A DNA stretch of 32,000 bases from Pyrolobus fumarii 1A (GTDB lineage: Archaea; Thermoproteota; Thermoprotei_A; Sulfolobales; Pyrodictiaceae). Below the pieces are notes generated by a model. The model made no database searches. It saw nothing but the letters and a program-made list of their open reading frames with translations, and was not told the DNA's origin. Location: assembly GCF_000223395.1 (NCBI RefSeq), contig NC_015931.1, forward strand, positions 360,001 through 392,000. The letters are read 5' to 3'. Position numbers and translations under genes: made by a program. This document shows, one piece after another, positions 27,006 through 32,000 of this stretch (positions are counted from its first letter, which is position 1; each line of letters starts with the position of its first letter).

Positions 27006-27755
27006 ATGCCGCGCGAAGTCATACGCCTAGAGAACGTCGTGAAGATCTACGGGTCGGGCGCCACCTGCACCATAGGCCTACGCGGCGTCACACTCACCAT
27101 ACACGAGGGCGACTTCATAGCAGTCATGGGGCCCAGCGGCTCCGGCAAAACAACACTCCTCAACATAATGGGGCTCCTCGACAAGCCCACAAGCGGCAAG
27201 GTCTACATAGGCGGCGTGGAGGCCTCGAGGCTGGGCAGCAGGCAGCTAGCCAGGCTAAGAAACCGCTTCATAGGCTTCGTGTTCCAACACTTCAACCTCA
27301 TACCCAGGCTCACCGTCCAGGAGAACATCGAGCTGCCGCTGGTCGCGAGGGGAGTCCCCCGCAGAGAGAGAGCCGAGAGGGCAAAGAGAGCACTCATAGC
27401 CGCGGGTGGAGACCCCTCCTGGCTACCAAAGAAGCCCAACCAGCTATCCGGAGGCCAGCAGCAGAGAGTAGCGATAGCAAGGGCGCTGGTCGGAGAGCCC
27501 CGGGTCATACTCGCAGACGAGCCAACCGGTAACCTAGACCGCGCCTCAGCCGCCACGGTAATGAGGACATTCCTCACCCTAAACCAGCAAGGCCAGACCA
27601 TAGTCATGGTGACGCACGACCCGGAGGTAGCAAACTGCGCCAAGAAGATCCTCATAATACGCGACGGGATGATAGTAGACACCCTCGACCCAGACCCAAA
27701 CACCTGCATCGCACACAAGAAGATAGAGACGAGAGACCTAGCAAGAAGAGGGTAG
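27006..27755 (+). CDS. ABC transporter ATP-binding protein (MacB/LolD-like)
   Basis: Walker A is 'GPSGSGKTTLLN'. The Q-loop is 'FVFQHFNL'. The signature is 'LSGGQQQRVAIARAL'. Walker B is 'ILADEPTGNLD'. The H-loop is 'VTHD'. Confidence 0.95.
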   Translation: MPREVIRLENVVKIYGSGATCTIGLRGVTLTIHEGDFIAVMGPSGSGKTTLLNIMGLLDKPTSGKVYIGGVEASRLGSRQLARLRNRFIGFVFQHFNLIPRLTVQENIELPLVARGVPRRERAERAKRALIAAGGDPSWLPKKPNQLSGGQQQRVAIARALVGEPRVILADEPTGNLDRASAATVMRTFLTLNQQGQTIVMVTHDPEVANCAKKILIIRDGMIVDTLDPDPNTCIAHKKIETRDLARRG

Positions 27756-27850
27756 CGGCGCCACTAAGAAAACCGCCTCGCGTCACACCACCATGAGATA
27801 CACGGTAAAACAGGGCACACATCGTATCGTGAATCACCGTGAAGCCTAGA

Positions 27851-28147
27851 TCACGCACCTCTCCCCGCCGCCAGCCCCTCCCCGAGGCTCCCCGCGAGCC
27901 TCTCAACAAGACCCCTATCCGACGACAAGACTCGCGCCACACACTCCTCCCAATCACTCCTCCCCCGGCACCCCTCGACAATCACACAACCACGCTTCAC
28001 AACCCCCTCCACAACAACCTCAACACACAACCTACCCTCACCAACATCAAACGAGTAGTCAACAACCTCAACCTCACCCCCAAGAACCTCACCAAGCACA
28101 AAACCAAGAACAGACTCAAGCTCCACAGACACACAAACCACCAACAC
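27851..28147 (-). CDS. Hypothetical small protein (doubtful)
   Basis: 98-aa ORF. Its 3' two-thirds ('GEVEVVDYSFDVGEGRLCVEVVVEGVVKRGCVIVEGCRGRSDWEECVARVLSSDRGLVERL') have a composition plausible for this genome. Oligo-T runs lie downstream on the minus strand. The Val/Gly/Cys bias could also be a by-product of the G+T-rich strand. Confidence 0.25.
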   Translation of the reverse strand: MLVVCVSVELESVLGFVLGEVLGGEVEVVDYSFDVGEGRLCVEVVVEGVVKRGCVIVEGCRGRSDWEECVARVLSSDRGLVERLAGSLGEGLAAGRGA

Positions 28148-28230
28148 ACTACCAACACAACACGGGCAACAACCCTAACGCCACACACCACAACACCACA
28201 CACAACGAACACCGAGGATGACAAGCAACC

Positions 28231-28536
28231 CTAGACACCCGCCCAGCCCACAGACACGCCAGCCACGGTCGAACCCCATACCGGTACTACTACGAGCGGA
28301 CCAACAGCCAAGATACAATCACACGAGTAGTCATCAAAACACCAAGACGACAGGAGTACAGGGACAAGCACAGGTGAGAGAACAACACACCCGCAGCCAA
28401 CCACACAAAAGAAGAGAGGACAAAGACGAGCAACACTACCCATCAAGTGTAACACCTGGCATCTCTCCTCACGGAACAACCTCCTAACAGCCTCGAACAC
28501 CGCAAGACACGCGACAGAGGCAAAAACCCGACACAC
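28231..28536 (-). CDS. Hypothetical Cys/Val-rich small membrane protein (doubtful)
   Basis: 101-aa ATG ORF with two hydrophobic segments. 'TTAAAAAC' (minus strand, plus coordinates 28566-28573) lies about 30 nt upstream of the ATG. The amino-acid composition is dictated by the skewed tract. Confidence 0.2.
   Translation of the reverse strand: MCRVFASVACLAVFEAVRRLFREERCQVLHLMGSVARLCPLFFCVVGCGCVVLSPVLVPVLLSSWCFDDYSCDCILAVGPLVVVPVWGSTVAGVSVGWAGV
28281..28302 (+). repeat. Leader-type motif copy m1: CCGGTACTAC-tac-GAGCGGACC
   Basis: Shares CCGGTACTAC and GCGGACC with m2. Confidence 0.6.
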
Positions 28537-28575
28537 ATAAAGCTTTTAAACAGACTATAGTGACGTTTTTAACCC

Positions 28576-28594
28576 CCGGTACTACCGGCGGACC
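28576..28594 (+). repeat. Leader motif m2: perfect 13-bp palindrome CCGGTA-C-TACCGG followed by CGGACC
   Basis: Read directly from the sequence. Confidence 0.7.
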
Positions 28595-28674
28595 GTTGCC
28601 TATGGGACTATGACTGGTTGAGAGTAGCGCAAGACCGTTGTAAACTCATACTTAAGCTTTTCTCTGCTTATAAG

Positions 28675-28695
28675 CCTGGTAGTACCCGCGGACTG
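28675..28695 (+). repeat. Leader motif m3: CCTGGTAGTACCCGCGGACTG (core GGTAGTACC is the reverse complement of the m2 core GGTACTACC)
   Basis: Lies 100 bp downstream of m2. 15/18 positions are identical over GGTA.TACC.GCGGAC.G. Confidence 0.65.
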
Positions 28696-28763
28696 TCCTG
28701 CAAGGGCACCGTTGAAGCCCATTACACCTCCCCAGCCACGCCAACAAAGGCAAGACAGGCAGA

Positions 28764-28771
28764 GATAAATA
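28764..28771 (+). promoter_or_regulatory. Candidate TATA box (GATAAATA) for pre-crRNA transcription
   Basis: Its centre lies about 39 nt upstream of the first repeat. That places the predicted transcription start 10-15 nt before repeat 1. Confidence 0.35.
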
Positions 28772-28806
28772 CGGGGAAGAGCCTATAACCACACGACAAG
28801 CGTGCA

Positions 28807-31251
28807 GAAACAACCAAGAATGAATTGAAAGCACGCCAGAACTGCTGATCAAGCTGAAGGTGAAGGGAATCCACGAAACAACCAAGAATGAATTGAAAGA
28901 ACGACGTTGACTGGGGCGACGCTAGGGTCATAGTGGTGGACTCGCCGAAACAACCAAGAATGAATTGAAAGTGCTAGGCTTATGCCCATCGCCCTTTCTG
29001 CCTCGTGTATCTTGGTGAAACAACCAAGAATGAATTGAAAGTTCTTGCCATGGGCGAGCGAGTAGAGGTACCTAGCCGCCAGGAGGAAACAACCAAGAAT
29101 GAATTGAAAGCATTGACGTATCTAGGTTCCCACCCACAGACGTGCCCCTCTGATGAAACAACCAAGAATGAATTGAAAGAACCTAACACGGCTACTCACA
29201 AGCCACCACGGGCCATCGGAAACAACCAAGAATGAATTGAAAGCACGTCCTCGGGCTTCTGGAGCCGCTTCCTGAGCTTGAATACTGAAACAACCAAGAA
29301 TGAATTGAAAGGACCTGGGTTTGGGCGGCCATCCCACACACACCCCGCCGGGTCCGGAAACAACCAAGAATGAATTGAAAGGCACATGTTCCTGCAAACC
29401 CTTACCCCGCTAGAGTCCACCAAGAAACAACCAAGAATGAATTGAAAGCACAAGATAGCCGGTATTGACATTGATGAAGAGGAGCTGACGGGAAACAACC
29501 AAGAATGAATTGAAAGTAACAGCAACCGGTCAGGTCAAGTTCGTGGTGAAGCAGTACGAAACAACCAAGAATGAATTGAAAGCCGGCGGCAGACGCGGTC
29601 GTACCTGCACTTGTCTAGCTCTCTGGAAACAACCAAGAATGAATTGAAAGCCTGGCTTGGATACGTCTGGTGCAGCCGTATACGCGACGCTTCCAGTGAC
29701 ACGAAACAACCAAGAATGAATTGAAAGTTTCTCACCACGCTGGCTTACCCCGCTCTCCATGCTTTCGTGAAACAACCAAGAATGAATTGAAAGTTGAACT
29801 TCGTCGGGATGAAGTGCACGTTGATGTACGATGACGGCTTGAAACAACCAAGAATGAATTGAAAGCAGCCTCATGACTAGCTTGTGCACGGCCTTGACGA
29901 GCCCGCCTAGCGAAACAACCAAGAATGAATTGAAAGGGCCACCACCGTCAGCCCGAAGAGCGTCTCTATAGCGTCCACGAAACAACCAAGAATGAATTGA
30001 AAGCACCTTTGCCGGCGGCCACTCCTCGACGATCCAGAACGGCTCTGAAACAACCAAGAATGAATTGAAAGGCGCTATACATCAGCTTGACGGCCACCGT
30101 TGTCTTGCCCGTGCGAAACAACCAAGAATGAATTGAAAGGTTGGATTAGCTCGGTTGCTCCAGGCATACCACCCGACCCCCGATGAAACAACCAAGAATG
30201 AATTGAAAGGACATCCTCTGGCTTCGCTAGGCGTCGCTTCAGCTTGAAGACAATGAAACAACCAAGAATGAATTGAAAGCAGTAGTTCAGCTGGGCCCAG
30301 AGGACGCGGTGGTTGACCCCCACGGAAACAACCAAGAATGAATTGAAAGACACTAATAACTCGCTCAACGTCATCTGGGGTCAGGAATTTCGCGAAACAA
30401 CCAAGAATGAATTGAAAGCGCCGCGTCTAGCTCCGCCTGCACACGGGCCGCGATGGTGTCGAAGAAACAACCAAGAATGAATTGAAAGTCGATATCCCTG
30501 AGGGCGTGCTCTACGAGCATCCTTCCGTAGAAACAACCAAGAATGAATTGAAAGTGGTGGCAGCAGCTCATACACCTGGTAGCCTGCGCCGCGCATGAAA
30601 CAACCAAGAATGAATTGAAAGTCGGATGTTGAGGTGGCCGTGATACTCCGTCACCTCCGCAACAAGAAACAACCAAGAATGAATTGAAAGGGGGGTGTAT
30701 ACGTATCGGGTTAGAGGCCCTCGGGGGCGCTAGAAACAACCAAGAATGAATTGAAAGTGACCACCCATCGGTAACACGCACTATTGCTTGTCATACAACG
30801 CTCCTCGTTGCTAGGAAACAACCAAGAATGAATTGAAAGGGCATCAAGTGCCAGGATTAGTGGCTCTTCGCCCGGAATGTCAATGAAACAACCAAGAATG
30901 AATTGAAAGCGCCTTGAACGTGACGATCCGCATAGATCCGCACCGGTGTTACCCGAAACAACCAAGAATGAATTGAAAGCCATCCATGCAGACGGTGGTG
31001 GAATGCCGGACATAGACGATGTGAAACAACCAAGAATGAATTGAAAGGTTCTCGCCGCCGTAGTACATGCGTATCGTCACCGTCCCGTTGAAACAACCAA
31101 GAATGAATTGAAAGCGAGACCCTCAGCGACGCGCTCTCTAACGCTGTTTACGAAACAACCAAGAATGAATTGAAAGTATGCCCCTGTGGACGATGTCCCC
31201 GAGGAAGAGCCAGGGCTCCTGCATGCGAAACAACCAAGAATGAATTGAAAG
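28807..31251 (+). CRISPR. CRISPR array: 36 identical 25-nt repeats GAAACAACCAAGAATGAATTGAAAG and 35 spacers of 37-57 nt
   Basis: All repeats were located by hand, from the first at 28807-28831 to the last at 31227-31251. The repeat ends in ATTGAAAG, the 8-nt 5' handle of Cas6-processed archaeal crRNAs. This sets transcription on the plus strand, with the leader to the left. Confidence 0.98.
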
Positions 31252-31646
31252 TCAATAACATACACGACGCCTCTCATGCATGGCGGCGTAACGCTCATGA
31301 TCATCACCGCTGGGTCCGTTGTGTTGTCGATTTCGTACTACAACCTGGCAGGACGCTTGGCCAGATCTATGCCGCCGTATCCCTACGGCGAAACCGGACT
31401 ACTACATGGACGGCTGTAAATGCTACAATATCGGTGGTGCGGCTTCCTAAGCGGCACCGAGCTATACTTGAACTGCATAATCTCGCTGAAGGAGGTCTCA
31501 CGAGCAGCGAACCCGGGATACGCACGATGCTCGAGGGCGGAGAAAGTACCTTCTTCAAGTGCCTGGAGGGAAACGAGGCAGGGATGATACTCGCGCTACC
31601 ATCGTGAACCGGTGCGAGGCTCCCGTCTGGTGTAGATGGACGGGCG

Positions 31647-32000
31647 TTAGTATCTCTCCACACTACCAGGAGCAAGGATGAACTCCGGTTTGCGCCCGAG
31701 CCACTCACCTATCCTCTCCAGGTTCCTGGTAATCTCCCTCTCGGGGCGGAGGAAAAGGGGCGTAGCTGCATATAGCTTGGCGGTTGCAAGGGTGAAGCAG
31801 TCCCCGAGTGCCACGGGTATCCTACACTTACAGTCCGCCGCGTACACCCAGAGATGCTCATCCTCCACTATCTCGACGAGCCCCGAGTCGAGGAGTAGCA
31901 GTATCCTCTCCTCGGCGGTCTCCCTCCCCCAGAGTCTACAGGCAACGTAGAACGCCTCGGTCAGCGAGAGCCTCGCCGCATAGGCATCCACGGCGCCTTT
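31647..32000 (-). CDS. PIN-domain (VapC-like) protein, 5'-partial at the window edge
   Basis: The reading frame stays open to nt 32000. 'LSLTEAFYV' contains the conserved Glu region and 'ALGDCFTLATAKLYAATPLF' is the distal Asp block typical of PIN domains. The N-terminal Asp motif would lie outside the window. Confidence 0.5.
   Translation of the reverse strand, partial: KGAVDAYAARLSLTEAFYVACRLWGRETAEERILLLLDSGLVEIVEDEHLWVYAADCKCRIPVALGDCFTLATAKLYAATPLFLRPEREITRNLERIGEWLGRKPEFILAPGSVERY

Larger units (their letters stand above)
27950..28536 (+). other. Extreme A+C-rich (plus strand) low-complexity tract
   Basis: Hand counts give A+C = 50/60 in 28021-28080 and 54/60 in 28141-28200. G and T are nearly absent on the plus strand. 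Confidence 0.85.
28537..28806 (+). promoter_or_regulatory. CRISPR leader with an internally duplicated module
   Basis: Lies immediately upstream of the first repeat on the transcribed strand. It contains the palindromic A/T element ATAAAGCTTTTAAA (28537-28550) and two AAGCTTTT...GGTA[C/G]TACC..GCGGAC modules. Confidence 0.6.

Noticed and set aside
26438-27532. A 364-aa plus-strand ORF, together with other long overlapping or antisense ORFs (e.g. 27203-27718, 5938-6435, 6696-7136, 13922-14299).
   Set aside because: They are Arg/Gly/Pro/Ser-rich with no motifs. They lie entirely inside well-supported genes (ABC permease/ATPase, helicase, kae1, dnaG). They are typical alternative-frame artefacts of high-GC DNA.
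27839-28487. Plus-strand ORFs in the skewed tract (131 aa and 89 aa), rich in Thr/Asn/His/Pro/Lys/Gln.
   Set aside because: Their composition is a direct read-out of C/A-only DNA and is very unlike any other protein in the window. They have no start context or motifs.
29382-29768. Spacers 9 and 14 share the 11-mer CTTACCCCGCT.
   Set aside because: There is no extended similarity on either side. A single shared 11-mer among about 1.5 kb of spacer sequence is near chance expectation, roughly 0.3-0.5 by rough estimate.
28652-31607. A chain of ORFs of 67-175 aa on both strands across the CRISPR array, with recurring peptides 'FNSFLVVS', 'SIHSWLF', 'FQFILGCF' and 'ETTKNELK'.
   Set aside because: The recurring peptides are the 25-nt repeat translated in different frames. 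The ORFs exist only because the repeats and spacers happen to lack stop codons.

Overview
This window looks like a chromosomal segment of a high-GC hyperthermophilic crenarchaeon, probably Desulfurococcales-like. That assignment is inferred from archaeal-type DnaG, Kae1 and TyrRS, frequent GTG/TTG starts, near-leaderless gene starts, and a CRISPR repeat ending in ATTGAAAG. From left to right, the window contains the following. (1) A CcmF-family heme-handling membrane protein fused to a large ectodomain, followed closely by a 1033-aa SF2 helicase. (2) kae1. (3) A sharply low-GC 1.28-kb cassette carrying an FkbM-family methyltransferase, bracketed by a 10-12 nt direct repeat. (4) A minus-strand operon of a ribbon-helix-helix (RHH) protein, ATP sulfurylase (sat) and a nucleotide pyrophosphatase-family enzyme. 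(5) tyrS and dnaG, where dnaG carries a Pro/Gln-rich insert. (6) A decayed lower-GC gap holding an ABC-2 permease remnant. (7) A Mut7-C RNase-domain protein. (8) A divergent pair of exported proteins: a 608-aa anchored protein and an ATPase-less Lon-type S16 protease. (9) Two small unknown genes. (10) An operon of a 1552-aa surface protein, built from about 10-12 tandem modules of about 120 aa, with a MacB/FtsX-type permease and an ABC ATPase. (11) A roughly 0.6-0.7 kb tract with extreme A+C strand skew. (12) A CRISPR leader with a duplicated palindrome-containing module. (13) A CRISPR array of 36 identical 25-nt repeats and 35 spacers, with no cas gene anywhere in the window. (14) A partial PIN-domain gene at the right edge. 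The points most worth follow-up are the skewed tract and leader architecture, the pair of in-register homologous spacers, the repeat-bracketed low-GC cassette, and the surface-protein/MacB operon. No homology search was possible, so all family assignments rest on motifs read directly from the translations.
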